A DNA stretch of 64,000 nucleotides from Gammaproteobacteria bacterium (lineage in GTDB: Bacteria > Pseudomonadota > Gammaproteobacteria > Ga0077536): contig CAXXLL010000003.1 in NCBI GenBank assembly GCA_963662545.2, positions 2,880,001 to 2,944,000 on the forward strand. Direction: 5' to 3'. Numbering within the stretch: the first letter of the stretch is position 1; the number at the start of each line of letters is the position of its first letter. The position numbers and the translations under genes were made by a program. The notes below the pieces were generated by a model. The model saw only the letters and a program-made list of their open reading frames with translations. It was not told the origin of the DNA and ran no database searches. Positions 20,713 to 31,103 of the stretch are shown here, in pieces.

Positions 20713-21771
20713 TCAAGCCGGTCGTGTTCCCGCGTACGCATTGTGCAATAGCTCGATGACGCCGTCGCGCGTAACTGGCGCCGGGTTTTCGACGGCTGTC
20801 TCGGTCGCGATGTCGGCAATCCTTACCAGATCTTCTTCTCCGATACCGATATCACGAAGCGAAGTTGGCAGGCCCATGCCGGAAGAGAGGTCGTGTATCC
20901 CCTGTGCGGCGTCGTCGACGCCGAGGGCCTCGGCGATGTGCGCCATGAGATCGGGCACAGCCGGCGCGGCGTAGGCGACCGAATAGGGCAGTAATATGGT
21001 GTGCGTTTCCGCGTGCGGTGCGTTGAAACTGCCACCGAGCGTGTGACACAAGCGGTGATGCAGACTGGTTACGCCGGCCCCGAGCGCGGCGCCCGCAAGT
21101 GAAGCGCCGTAGAGCACCTGTTCGCGTGCGTCGAGATTTTCGGGTTCCCTTACGACCGTCGGCAGGTACGCTGCGATCGCGCGAATGGCTTCCAGGGCCA
21201 TCGACATCATCACCGGATTTGTACGCCGGTCCTTGGCATTGATCGTTGCCTGGGCGAGTGCATTCATACCGCTCGGGCCGGCAATTCCTGGAGGTAATCC
21301 TAAGGTGAGTTCGGCATCGTATAGCGTCAGCTTGGGCAGGACTCGGAGATCGCGCCCGGTTTTTTTGCGGCCGTCTTCGGTCATGCCCCAGATATTAGTC
21401 ATTTCAGATCCGGCGTAAGTAGTCGGTATGGCAACCAGTGGAATGCCCGGATTCAGCGCGAGGGCCTTGCCCAGGCCCGTCGTCGAGCCACCCCCGATCG
21501 AGACCGAGCAATCGGCATTACAGTCCCGTGCGGCTTGCGCCGCTTTGGCAGCGATTTCGACCGGGACGTGCATTCGCGCTTCGGCGAAAATGCCGGCTGC
21601 CCGACCGCCCAGCAGTTTCGCGATTCGCTTGGCATCGCGTTCCTGTTCGGGGGTGGACAGCACCAATGCGCGTGCGAAACCCAGCAACTCCAGTTCGTCC
21701 GGTAGTGACGCCAACTTGCCGGCGCCGAACACGACGTTCCACGGCAAGGTCTGGAGTCTGAATTCTTTCAT
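20713..21771 (-). CDS. maleylacetate reductase
   Basis: MHVPVE, GGGSTTGLGKA, PTTYAGSE, LHHRLCHTLGG, HAETH. Confidence 0.92.
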   Translation of the reverse strand: MKEFRLQTLPWNVVFGAGKLASLPDELELLGFARALVLSTPEQERDAKRIAKLLGGRAAGIFAEARMHVPVEIAAKAAQAARDCNADCSVSIGGGSTTGLGKALALNPGIPLVAIPTTYAGSEMTNIWGMTEDGRKKTGRDLRVLPKLTLYDAELTLGLPPGIAGPSGMNALAQATINAKDRRTNPVMMSMALEAIRAIAAYLPTVVREPENLDAREQVLYGASLAGAALGAGVTSLHHRLCHTLGGSFNAPHAETHTILLPYSVAYAAPAVPDLMAHIAEALGVDDAAQGIHDLSSGMGLPTSLRDIGIGEEDLVRIADIATETAVENPAPVTRDGVIELLHNAYAGTRPA

Positions 21772-21948
21772 TGTGGCTTCTCCGAGGCGATGAGTCGCTT
21801 ATCGGCGCACCATACCAACTAACGTCTTGTTCGTCGTGAAAAAACAAGGGGGAGTTCGTGGCGGCGCGAGCGATCACAAAACACTGCTACGAAATAGGAG
21901 ACGGAGATCATTTCGCCCTTAAACGGGCAATTTACATCATGTAAACAC

Positions 21949-23499
21949 CTAAACTGTTTCGACGTCCTGCTTACGCACGTATTCCGGCAGGGGAGTTTTC
22001 TTCTCACTCATCTTTTTCTCCTCGATAGCCTTGGCGATGATGTCGCTGTCGTCTCCGAGGCCGCAGACCTGCCGGGCCAGTTCGACCAAGGGTCCGTCGA
22101 GAGAAAATTCGACGCGGTTCATGGTCAGGAGCTTGATTAAGAACAGCGGCGTCCCGTTGAACTTCTCGAAGGCTTCCTTGCGCGCGCCGCCTTCGGAGAA
22201 AAAGCGGTCGCGGATAACCTTGACGATCTTCATGCGATCACGCGCACTGATGCTTTTACCGCGGAGGGCGTCAGCGAGGTGCGGACCTATATAGGAATCG
22301 TCCAGATCACCTTCGGTCGGCTGCATCATGATGCTGCGGCCGCAAAGGTCTGACAGCACGTCGATATGCTTACCGACGTTCTCGATGTAGAAAGCGCGGC
22401 CCAGATCGATGAAGATGTTGTTCGGCTTGTACAATCCGCTCGGCGTGACGTTTCCGGTATCTTCGGCGGCGATGGTGAACGCCCGCACGGTCTCGCGAAA
22501 GCGGATGATGTCGGCGATCTGTGACATCACTACGGGATGCTTGTCGGTCCCGAGCGATGAGGTTACGAGCATCGCTAGCCCTACCATCAGTTCCGCGTTA
22601 ATGACGTGGCGGTTCTGCGTTTCGATGTGCACCCAGTCGAAAACGCGCTGGGGATAGTATTGCGCGTGTTCGATATTGCCGAGATGAAAGATGTACTTCC
22701 ACGGAATGACGACGTCATCGAAGAAAGCCATCGATTCGAGTTCGTCGCCGTGGCGTGACAGGGGATAATCGAAATCAGGGGCGTCGGGCCGCGCAAACGA
22801 ATCGCGCGCGACGTGGGTAACGCCCGGCATGTTTGCTGGAACACGGCAAAAAATGACCTGGTCGGGCTGCGTTCCTACATTCCACAGGATCCCAACGTTG
22901 ATCCAGTTGGAGAACACGGTGCCGGTGCCGACCGCCTTCCAGCCGCGCACCAGGATGCCGTCGTCGCGCTCCTCGATCATGCGGAGCATCGGAATATCGG
23001 CGTGATCGGTGCCAGAGCGGTCGAATTGAATGTCGATGAACATCGGCGCCGCCGCCAAATCGCCATCCTTTAATTCCGCCCACGCGCGACGAATATTGTC
23101 GGCCATGGGTTGGCCCTTGCCGAACACGGTTTGCGCTTCCCATGGCTCGGGATCGTCGACCAGCAGCATCATGACGGTGTTGTTGCTGCACGGCAGCCTC
23201 GACCATTGTCCGCCGCGGAAATGCCGAAAAATGTAGTCGAAGTACTCACGGCGCTCGACCGCCTGTTCCTTGTTTTTCGGCATCATCCAGTGTTTGGCGC
23301 GCCTGACGCCGTCTTCATCGATGTAGGTCAGGTGTTCCTGGTGTTCGGGATCGAGATGCAGGTCGTAGAATTCGGCGACCTGGCTGGCGTATCCGCTGGT
23401 TTTCGGATGGGTCGTTATATCCTCGATGAGTTCACCACCGCACATGACCCGCCGGCCGTCGCGCAAGGATTGGAGGTACTGTTCACCAGTTCGCATCAT
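21949..23499 (-). CDS. two-component FADH2-dependent (halo/nitro)phenol monooxygenase, HadA/TcpA/TftD-like oxygenase subunit
   Basis: MRTGEQYLQSL, THPKT, DDPEPWE, GDELES, YPQRVFDWVH, YKPN, FEKFNGTP, LARQVCG match remembered TcpA/TftD motifs. Confidence 0.88.
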   Translation of the reverse strand: MMRTGEQYLQSLRDGRRVMCGGELIEDITTHPKTSGYASQVAEFYDLHLDPEHQEHLTYIDEDGVRRAKHWMMPKNKEQAVERREYFDYIFRHFRGGQWSRLPCSNNTVMMLLVDDPEPWEAQTVFGKGQPMADNIRRAWAELKDGDLAAAPMFIDIQFDRSGTDHADIPMLRMIEERDDGILVRGWKAVGTGTVFSNWINVGILWNVGTQPDQVIFCRVPANMPGVTHVARDSFARPDAPDFDYPLSRHGDELESMAFFDDVVIPWKYIFHLGNIEHAQYYPQRVFDWVHIETQNRHVINAELMVGLAMLVTSSLGTDKHPVVMSQIADIIRFRETVRAFTIAAEDTGNVTPSGLYKPNNIFIDLGRAFYIENVGKHIDVLSDLCGRSIMMQPTEGDLDDSYIGPHLADALRGKSISARDRMKIVKVIRDRFFSEGGARKEAFEKFNGTPLFLIKLLTMNRVEFSLDGPLVELARQVCGLGDDSDIIAKAIEEKKMSEKKTPLPEYVRKQDVETV

Positions 23500-23764
23500 G
23501 ATCGTCGCCTCCTCAAGCTGAATTCTTGTAATACGGGCATGGAAGTACTGGCACTTTATCGCGTACGACTATAACGGCACCAGTCTCGACGTGGTCTGGA
23601 AAAGCGCCGCTTGTTCGAAAAACCTAGGTTAGGAGTATTTCGGCGACGTCGTCGTTCAATGCGGCCTTGAGCAGACGCGGCTTGCACGAAAATCATTGAG
23701 TTACCGTTCCGGGAGGCGCATCCTGAGAGGTTCGCGCATTCCCCCAACGTCGAGGAGAAAGCCC

Positions 23765-24730
23765 ATGAGCACCGCTACACCTGGGAATTACATCAAGAGG
23801 CACCACCACATCACGACTGCGACCGGCGGGGCGCAGGAAGATTACGATTTCCACACCAAGATTCTGGGCCTGAAAAGCGTCAAAAAAACCGCCTTCTACG
23901 ACGGACCCGCGCCGATATATCACCTTTATTACGGTAACGATACGGGGGAGGAAAGCTCGCTTTTGACGAGCTTTCCAATGGCGCATACGGGTGTGAAGGG
24001 GCGCAAGGGCTCGGGTCAGGTTTCCTATGTGAGCTTGTCCATTCCTTCGGCGGCATTAGATTTCTGGCGCGATCGGTTGACCGATCACGGCTTTGAGGTG
24101 AAGGATAACGAGCGTTTCGGTGAGAAGTATCTCGACTTTCAACATCCCTGCGGTGTCGAATATGCCCTGGTCGCGAACGACGAGGACGACCGCAAGCCGC
24201 ATACGGGTGGACCTGTAGCGCCGGAGCTGATGATCCGGGGCACTTATTCGATCGGTGTATCCATGCGCGATGCCGAATTCATGGAAGAATTCATGCAGAT
24301 CGGTTGGGGTGGCACCCGCGTCGCCGATGACGGGAATCTCATCCGCTATGAAGTAGGCGAAGGCGGTGCCGGTGCGATCATCGATTTTGAAGTCGAGCCC
24401 GACCGCAAACCTGGCACCTGGATCGTCGGCGAAGGCGCGATACACCACATGGCATTTCAGGTCGACAATCACGAGCAGCAGAACGAGTTGAAGTTTCACC
24501 TGGAAGGCCTGGGCTATACGGACGTATCGGACGTCAAGGACCGCGGCTACTTTGATTCGATTTACGTTCGCACGCCGTCCGGCGCGATGTTCGAAGCCAC
24601 CGTCTCCCACGACGACGGCTTCACCTGCGACGAACCCGCCGACAAACTCGGTCTCGAAGTGATGATCGCGCCGCAGCTCAAGGTGAGCAAGGAAGAATTG
24701 ATGGCGCAGATTGGCTATTTAAAGGACTGA
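23765..24730 (+). CDS. VOC-family ring-cleaving dioxygenase, PcpA/LinE-like (halo)hydroquinone 1,2-dioxygenase
   Basis: HHIT, FYDG.PIYHLY, GEGAIHHMAF, DRGYFDSIYVRTP, FEAT (His/His/Glu ligands). Confidence 0.88.
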   Translation: MSTATPGNYIKRHHHITTATGGAQEDYDFHTKILGLKSVKKTAFYDGPAPIYHLYYGNDTGEESSLLTSFPMAHTGVKGRKGSGQVSYVSLSIPSAALDFWRDRLTDHGFEVKDNERFGEKYLDFQHPCGVEYALVANDEDDRKPHTGGPVAPELMIRGTYSIGVSMRDAEFMEEFMQIGWGGTRVADDGNLIRYEVGEGGAGAIIDFEVEPDRKPGTWIVGEGAIHHMAFQVDNHEQQNELKFHLEGLGYTDVSDVKDRGYFDSIYVRTPSGAMFEATVSHDDGFTCDEPADKLGLEVMIAPQLKVSKEELMAQIGYLKD

Positions 24731-24752
24731 TAAAACCTGGACTTTCGCAAGG

Positions 24753-24786
24753 GCGGCCGGATCGCTTAGTCCGGCCGCTTTTTTTT
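24753..24786 (+). terminator. rho-independent terminator
   Basis: GCGGCCGGA-8 nt-TCCGGCCGC followed by T8. Confidence 0.85.
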
Positions 24787-24875
24787 AACATGTGTATTCG
24801 TACGTTCGATGAATTAGCGGGATCGCCCGAACCGCGGATATGTCGCGGCCGTGGCAAGCTCGCGACGGGTCTTTG

Positions 24876-25418
24876 ATGAAACTCTATCTCGTGCGCCACG
24901 GCGAAGCGGCCGCGCGGTGGTCGCAGTCGCGTGACCCGGGACTGAGCGAACGCGGCCGGCAGCAGGCTTATTCGATTTGCGGGCGCTTCCGGGGCCACGC
25001 TCCAATGAGCGTCGTTGCGAGTCCCTTGTTGCGTGCGCAGGAAACTGCGGCACCACTCGCCGCGATGTGGGGCGTCGACGTGCAGCGGGACGACGCCTAC
25101 CGGGAGTTGCCGTCGCTCGTTTCGTTCGAAGAACGCGCCGCCTGGCTTAAGCGCGTGATGCGAGGCACCTGGGATGAAGTCGACGAAGCGCTCGTGAACT
25201 GGCGCGACGACGCGTGGCGCGCCTTTACGTCGATCGACACCGATGCCGTCGTCTTCAGCCACTTCATGGTCATTAATGCGATCCTGAGCCGCCTCAACGG
25301 CGACGATCGCCTCGTGAGTTTCGAGCCCGACTACATTTCGGTAACGGCGTTCGCAAGCAGTGACGACGGGGTTGAATTGATCGAGCTCGGTAAGGCGCTC
25401 GAGACGGTCGTACTTTAA
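24876..25418 (+). CDS. histidine phosphatase family protein
   Basis: LVRHGE, SPLLRAQETA, FSH. Confidence 0.9.
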   Translation: MKLYLVRHGEAAARWSQSRDPGLSERGRQQAYSICGRFRGHAPMSVVASPLLRAQETAAPLAAMWGVDVQRDDAYRELPSLVSFEERAAWLKRVMRGTWDEVDEALVNWRDDAWRAFTSIDTDAVVFSHFMVINAILSRLNGDDRLVSFEPDYISVTAFASSDDGVELIELGKALETVVL

Positions 25419-25566
25419 ATTACCGTTCCGAATTGCGAGACAGACTTCAATTCACCCACAAGATTCCGAGGTGACGTATGATTTACCATCTCGTGTTGAA
25501 TTGCGAAGTAGCAGGTAAGTCAGTCTGCACGCAGACGACTTGTAGAAAATCGAAAGGAGCGATCCC

Positions 25567-26580
25567 ATGGGCGTCCAGTTCGGCATCTTCGACCACCTGG
25601 ATCAAAGGCCGGAGAAACCGGAGAAAACATACTCTGATCGCATCGAGTTCATCAAGGCGGCAGAAGCGGCGGATTTCCGGACCTATCACCTCGCAGAGCA
25701 TCATTGCACGCCGCTCGGCATGGCGCCCTCGCCCGGTATCTTCCTCGCCGCCGTGGCCCGGGAAACGTCGAAAATTCGGTTGGGACCGCTGGTCTACCTT
25801 TTACCTTTGTACAACCCGCTACGCCTGATCGAGGAAATCTGCATGCTCGATCACTTGAGCAACGGACGTTTCGAAGTCGGGGTGGGGCGCGGGATCTCGC
25901 CGATCGAGGTCGGCTTTCTGGGCGTGGACCACGAAGAAGCGCCTGTAATTTTTCGCGAGGCGCTTGAGGTAATCCAAAAAGGCCTCGCCAGCGAGCGGCT
26001 CACCCACCACGGCAAGTACTTTGATTACGAAGACGTGCCAATGGCTATGCGACCCCTGCAGGATCCGGTGCCGTTCTGGTCCGCTTCCATGTCGCCGGAG
26101 GGGCTCGATTCCGCGGCGCGTCTCGGCATGCACTGCGCCAGTCTCGGTGCCGTATCCATGGTGCGGGACGCGGTCGACGGCTATACGGCGGCGTGCCGGA
26201 AACATGGGACGGTGGCCGACGAACCGCCGCTGATGGGCATGCATCGTATCGTCGTCGTGGCGGCCACCGAAGTAGCTGCGATCGCCATCGCCCGGCCGGC
26301 CTACAGGCAATGGTTCGATAAACTGGCCAAGCTGTGGCGCGAACGTGGTATCGAGATACCGATCGTCGGTCCGATTGCGGAGTTTGACGTGGCGCAGAAG
26401 CTAGGCGCGGTAGTAGCCGGCTCGCCCGAGCAGGTTTCCGACATACTGGCTTCGCAGATCGAGGCGACCGGTGTCAATTACCTCCTCACCGAACTAAGCT
26501 TCGGCGACATGAGCCATGCCGATGAAATGACCTCGCTCGAACTGTTCGCGACGAAGGTCAAGCCCGCGCTTGAAGCTTGA
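25567..26580 (+). CDS. LLM-class flavin-dependent oxidoreductase
   Basis: LAEHH, PLRLIEEICMLDHLSNGRFEVGVGRG. Confidence 0.92.
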   Translation: MGVQFGIFDHLDQRPEKPEKTYSDRIEFIKAAEAADFRTYHLAEHHCTPLGMAPSPGIFLAAVARETSKIRLGPLVYLLPLYNPLRLIEEICMLDHLSNGRFEVGVGRGISPIEVGFLGVDHEEAPVIFREALEVIQKGLASERLTHHGKYFDYEDVPMAMRPLQDPVPFWSASMSPEGLDSAARLGMHCASLGAVSMVRDAVDGYTAACRKHGTVADEPPLMGMHRIVVVAATEVAAIAIARPAYRQWFDKLAKLWRERGIEIPIVGPIAEFDVAQKLGAVVAGSPEQVSDILASQIEATGVNYLLTELSFGDMSHADEMTSLELFATKVKPALEA

Positions 26581-27699
26581 TCAGCAGAAAACGGTCAATA
26601 CGCCGGTATACCCGTATAGCCGGTTATGGAATATCTCGCCGTTGGCGAAGAAGCCGACCAGCGGAATATCACCCAGCTCATCGCGGATAAACTTGAGTTC
26701 TTCGGAGTTCTCGCCGAACTGGTTGCGGCCGCGCCCGAGGCAGGAATAATAGACCGCGCCCTTGGGCGGATGATCCATCCGCTTCCTGATATCGGCCAAC
26801 ATGCGGAGCATGTCTTCTCGCGCACTGTTGCCGTCGCGCCGGCAGAACATGATTTCACTGCCCTCTGTGACGAGATCGCCGATGGCGATCACCTTCTGGT
26901 CCGGATCGATTCCGACAAGATTGCGGACCATGTAGTCACCGGTATCGGATCCTCGGATCGGGATGCCCGCGAAGATATAGCCGCCAACACGCTGCAGATC
27001 CCTCGCAATGACCTCACCAACGTCTTCCTTGAACACGTCGAGCGCCGGCCGGCCATCGAGTTTGATGATGATGTTACGTTCGCAGGTGGTGATTACGTGC
27101 GGGGACGCGATCGGTGTGCAGCCCTGGGTGTGTCCGGTAGCCACCGGCACGTCGCTGGAAAACAGAACGCCCGAGATGCCGCCCGTCGACACGCCGTCAG
27201 CGACCTGGAGATTCTCGCCGCCGGAGGACGTCAACCCGCCGACGAAAAAAGCCCCCGGCGTTTTTTCGGCAAGTTTTGAGATCAGGTCGGGCGTTGCTGG
27301 ATTAGTCGGGTCACCGTGTAGGATGCCGAAATGAAACGGATCGCTCTGCAGCCATTCACCCGCCTCGTCGATGAATTCGTCCACGTCTAATTGCTGCAGC
27401 GGAACAATTTTGAATGCGTTTTCTGGAAACGACGCCAGCATTACGGCGAGGGCCGGTTGTTCGTAATACTCCTGGCCCGTGGTACTGACGCCTACACCGA
27501 CCGTGCCGGTCCAACGCACAATGCCGGTCTTTGCTTTGAGTGTTTCCAGAACGTCGCGTAGATCAGCGGCCAGCGCATCGGTTGCGTAGATGAAACCGAA
27601 GTTGGCTTCCGCGGGGACATCGCCTATCTGGGACAGGCAATCTTCAACCAGCCGGGCGGCATCGTTTCCGCTGCTGTGTCCGAATAGAAACTGCTGCAT
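26581..27699 (-). CDS. FIST signal transduction domain protein
   Basis: TQGCTPI, LDGRPAL, YSCLGRG, GFFANGEI, YGYTGVL. Confidence 0.9.
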   Translation of the reverse strand: MQQFLFGHSSGNDAARLVEDCLSQIGDVPAEANFGFIYATDALAADLRDVLETLKAKTGIVRWTGTVGVGVSTTGQEYYEQPALAVMLASFPENAFKIVPLQQLDVDEFIDEAGEWLQSDPFHFGILHGDPTNPATPDLISKLAEKTPGAFFVGGLTSSGGENLQVADGVSTGGISGVLFSSDVPVATGHTQGCTPIASPHVITTCERNIIIKLDGRPALDVFKEDVGEVIARDLQRVGGYIFAGIPIRGSDTGDYMVRNLVGIDPDQKVIAIGDLVTEGSEIMFCRRDGNSAREDMLRMLADIRKRMDHPPKGAVYYSCLGRGRNQFGENSEELKFIRDELGDIPLVGFFANGEIFHNRLYGYTGVLTVFC

Positions 27700-27802
27700 G
27701 GTCTGGTTACTAAGGGCGCCCATAAGCTGCTGACAGTATAGCGCGATCGGAGATGGGGACGGGCCGCGCAAGGCGCGGCGGTCGATCGATTAGGAAAGAG
27801 TT

Positions 27803-29152
27803 ATGACCGCAAGTAAACGTCGGGAAAGCTGGTCGTCCCGTTTTGGTTTTGTCATGGCATCGATCGGCTTTGCCGTCGGCCTCGGCAACATCTGGCGCTT
27901 CCCTTACCTGACCGGAGAATACGGGGGCGCCGCTTTTGTGCTGGTGTATCTGCTGTGCGCCTTTGCTATCGGTGTTCCAATACTGATGGCCGAGATCCTG
28001 ATCGGTCGCCGCGGTCGCCTGTCGCCACCTGGATCCATGCGTGCGCTCGCCAAGCAGGAAGGCAGAAGCCGGCATTGGCGGTGGGTAGGCGCCATGAATC
28101 TGCTCGCTGCCTTCCTCATCGAAGTGGTCTATAGCGTGATCACCGGGTGGGTATTGTTCTATTTGTATAAAGCAATCACGACCGGATTCGCCGGCGTAGA
28201 CGGACCCATGGCCGCGGGCCAGTTCGACACTTTATTGGCCAGTACGCCGACGATGCTGTTCTGGACGCTCGCCGGTTTGTTGTTGACGGGCTTGACCCTC
28301 TACGCGGGCGTGGAAAAGGGCATCGAAAAAGTGGTGATCGTTCTCATGCCGGCTTTGTTCGGGTTGCTGATCGTCCTCGTCATCTACAATGCGTTCGCGG
28401 GCGGTTTCGCCCGGGCGCTGTCCTGGCTATTCACGCCGGACTTTAGCAAGCTGAACGGGGGCGTCTGCCTGGCGGCCTTGGGTCAGGCATTTTTTTCCAT
28501 CGGTGTCGCGATGGCGGCGATGATGACCTACGGTAGCTATTTGCCGGAGCGGATTTCCATTGGACAATCGGTGGTCATGATAGTCACGGCCGACACACTG
28601 GTTGCGCTGTTAGCAGGAATGGTGGTCTTTCCCGCCGTCTTTGCTAACGGATTGGATCCGGCCGCCGGAACAGGCCTCACATTCATGACCCTGCCGATCG
28701 CGTTCGCCCGCATGCCGGGCGGTCACCTCGTTGGCAGCTTGTTTTTTCTGCTGTTGTCGGTGGCCGCGCTCACGTCCATGATCGGTTTCGTGCACCCGTT
28801 GACGACCTGGCTCGAGGAAAGCAGGGGTTACGCAAGGCACAAGAGCATAATCATCGTATTGATCGCAATAGCCGTGACGAGCATCTCAAGCATTGCCTCG
28901 TACAATGTCCTTTCCGACTGGAAGATCATGGGCGTCAACTTAAACGCCGGCCTGGATTTCGTAGCTAACCAGGTGCTGTTGCCGGTCGGTGGATTCTTGA
29001 TCGCGGTCTTTGCGGGTTGGTTTATGAGCAGAGAATCGGTGGAGAAAGAGTTGGTGATTGCAAACGATATGCTCTTCGGTACCTGGTATTTACTGATCCG
29101 TTATGCCGTACCCACGGCCGTCGCGACAATCTTTCTGTTCGGTATTATTTGA
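27803..29152 (+). CDS. sodium-dependent transporter (NSS family)
   Basis: RESWSSR, AVGLGNIWRFPY, GQAFFS. Confidence 0.95.
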   Translation: MTASKRRESWSSRFGFVMASIGFAVGLGNIWRFPYLTGEYGGAAFVLVYLLCAFAIGVPILMAEILIGRRGRLSPPGSMRALAKQEGRSRHWRWVGAMNLLAAFLIEVVYSVITGWVLFYLYKAITTGFAGVDGPMAAGQFDTLLASTPTMLFWTLAGLLLTGLTLYAGVEKGIEKVVIVLMPALFGLLIVLVIYNAFAGGFARALSWLFTPDFSKLNGGVCLAALGQAFFSIGVAMAAMMTYGSYLPERISIGQSVVMIVTADTLVALLAGMVVFPAVFANGLDPAAGTGLTFMTLPIAFARMPGGHLVGSLFFLLLSVAALTSMIGFVHPLTTWLEESRGYARHKSIIIVLIAIAVTSISSIASYNVLSDWKIMGVNLNAGLDFVANQVLLPVGGFLIAVFAGWFMSRESVEKELVIANDMLFGTWYLLIRYAVPTAVATIFLFGII

Positions 29153-30336
29153 TCGGCGATTCTCACCGTTCGAAGCGCGCGTCAAGCGGCTTCGGCATGC
29201 GCCGCCTCTATCGCTTCACGCATACGCGTGAACTCCTCTTCGATCTTCGACCGCACGCTCGGCGCCGTATGCTGATTACACAGTTTCTCAATCAGAGTTA
29301 ATTCAATTCGTCTTCTTGATGAATTACTAAATATTTCAATTCGTTATAAGTAATACGCCATCATTTTGAAAATCTTGTATCACCACTATGTCACCTCGCC
29401 GCCGAAATTCTGAGGGGACGGTGCAGCCAAAACGCCGACGTGCCGCGATCAAGGTGCCCAACGAGGCCGGTACCATGGACGCCGCGCGATGTCGAACGGT
29501 CATGGCCGCTGCCGCCGGTGCGGGCAGGGTTTGAAGCCCGCGTTTGCGCAACAGGCATCGGTGCTCCAGCACCACCGAGTGGCAGGCAGGTTGGTGTGAT
29601 GAAGTCAGGTTCTTCGGTGCGATGCCGGTTGAGTGGATAAGCGCGCGGGACATAACGCCCGGAATGACGCCTCACAGTAGCTGACAGGCCCTTTATGTCA
29701 TCTTCCCGAAAAGACCTGCAAAATTGCGTCCATTGCGTCCTTCATCGATGCCGTTTGGGCTATGGAGCACCGTTATGGCTCCACGTTGTAGCTGTTCTAA
29801 CAATGCCTTAGGTCCTTAAATTGACAGCTAAACCGGGTTCCGGTGGAGCCGGTCAATGGGTCAGCGTGCTTTAGGTCGTGAAGCCGCCCAGCCACCAAGA
29901 TACCCGCCCCGTCGCGCATTCTTACTCAACGACGCGTCGATGCACACGCCGGACAACACCCCTTCGCTGGAAGCCGTCGTGGATAGATGGTTCCGCGATT
30001 CCCGCGCCGGCGCACCGAGCAGACCATACCTCGGTCCCGTCTTGCTTTCGGCAAGCGCCCGCCGAATCTGGCTTCACCGCACGCCACTTCATCCAGCGCA
30101 CTGCTCTGGGCCACCCTTGCGGCAGACGGCGGTAGCGCGTTATCCGCGAGCAGGGCGTGCCGGTGGCTGCGGGACGATAGCCCCACGCGATGGCGCGGGC
30201 AACCCTGGCGCGCAGAATCTCATGACCCTGCGATGACACCTTATACGAAGTATTGCAGGCCCCTGTCGGTCTCGGTCAATGCGCGCCCCCCGCTCACGTC
30301 CCGGACGCTCGAATCATGGCTGAGCCCGGGTTCCCG

Positions 30337-30456
30337 ATGCGCGATAATTGAGTTTATCGCGCATGTGGAAAGAGTCGCGGATGGGACCCGTTGGCTTGAA
30401 GCACCAGGGGGGAGCCTCCAACGGCGTCGGCGAATTTCCTAAGTACCTATGGGTCT
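30337..30456. repeat. ~120-bp imperfect repeat, copy 1 (copy 2 at ~31465-31584), beginning with an 11-bp palindromic stem
   Basis: Shared ATGGGACCCG...TGAAGC...GGGGG...CCAACG.CGTCGGCG...TAAGTACCTATGGGTCT; ATGCGCGATAA/TTATCGCGCAT at 30337-30364. Confidence 0.75.
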
Positions 30457-30669
30457 GAGCCTCACACTTTTCGCGCTACGTGCGAGCGGTGCACACCGCC
30501 CTGCCAAAGCCGCTCAACCCCGCTCCGGTTCGCGGGTCGCCTTGACGCCTCGAACCGTGTTGTTTGGGCTCGCGTTGCACTTGTACGTAGCAGTAATGTT
30601 GCGAGTGCCCTATCGCAAGATGTGTCCCGGTTGCGGCGTCACCTGCCCACCACCACTCGAATGCGGTAG

Positions 30670-30903
30670 CTACCCGTGGTTGTCAAGTTTCGAGATAGCG
30701 ATGCGATCGCAGGTGCGCTCCTCGTCGTCCGCAACCGCCATCTCGGCCTTTTCCGCATCGTCTGCGACCGCCACTTTGGCAGCCGGCTCAGGCGTCGGCC
30801 TCTCGATCGCGGCGGTTATAGCGGTCTACGGCGCAACCTGGTCATCGCCACAGGCGCTGATGAGCATGCCCGCCAGGCAAAGCAATACTCCACGGCATGA
30901 CAG
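30670..30903 (-). pseudogene. degenerate paralog of the adjacent small lipoprotein
   Basis: LSCRGVLLCLAGMLISACGDDQVAP* (ATG replaced by CTG, internal TAG at 30826-30828); upstream DNA is also homologous. Confidence 0.55.
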
Positions 30904-30956
30904 GGCGTCCTCCCAGGCCGTGGGTGCAAGCGCCGGTGAGGTCAGGTGACTACCGG

Positions 30957-31103
30957 TTAATCCTCTTCCTCGTCGTCCGCGGCAACCGGCTCTGCTGGGG
31001 TCTCGGTCGCGGCGGGTGCGGTGGTCTGTGTCTCGGCCTGGTCTCTGTCACAGGCGCCGATGAGCATCCCCAATAGACAAAGCAGTACTACGCGATAGAG
31101 CAT
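30957..31103 (-). CDS. small acidic lipoprotein (48 aa)
   Basis: MLYRVVLLCLLGMLIGAC lipobox; GGAGG RBS. Confidence 0.6.
   Translation of the reverse strand: MLYRVVLLCLLGMLIGACDRDQAETQTTAPAATETPAEPVAADDEEED

Noticed and set aside
23549-23565. sigma-54 promoter (TGGCAC) between the monooxygenase and dioxygenase
   Set aside because: The -12 TTGC element is not matched
29336-30330. Several short overlapping ORFs
   Set aside because: No motifs, RBS or consistent codon pattern; likely decayed sequence
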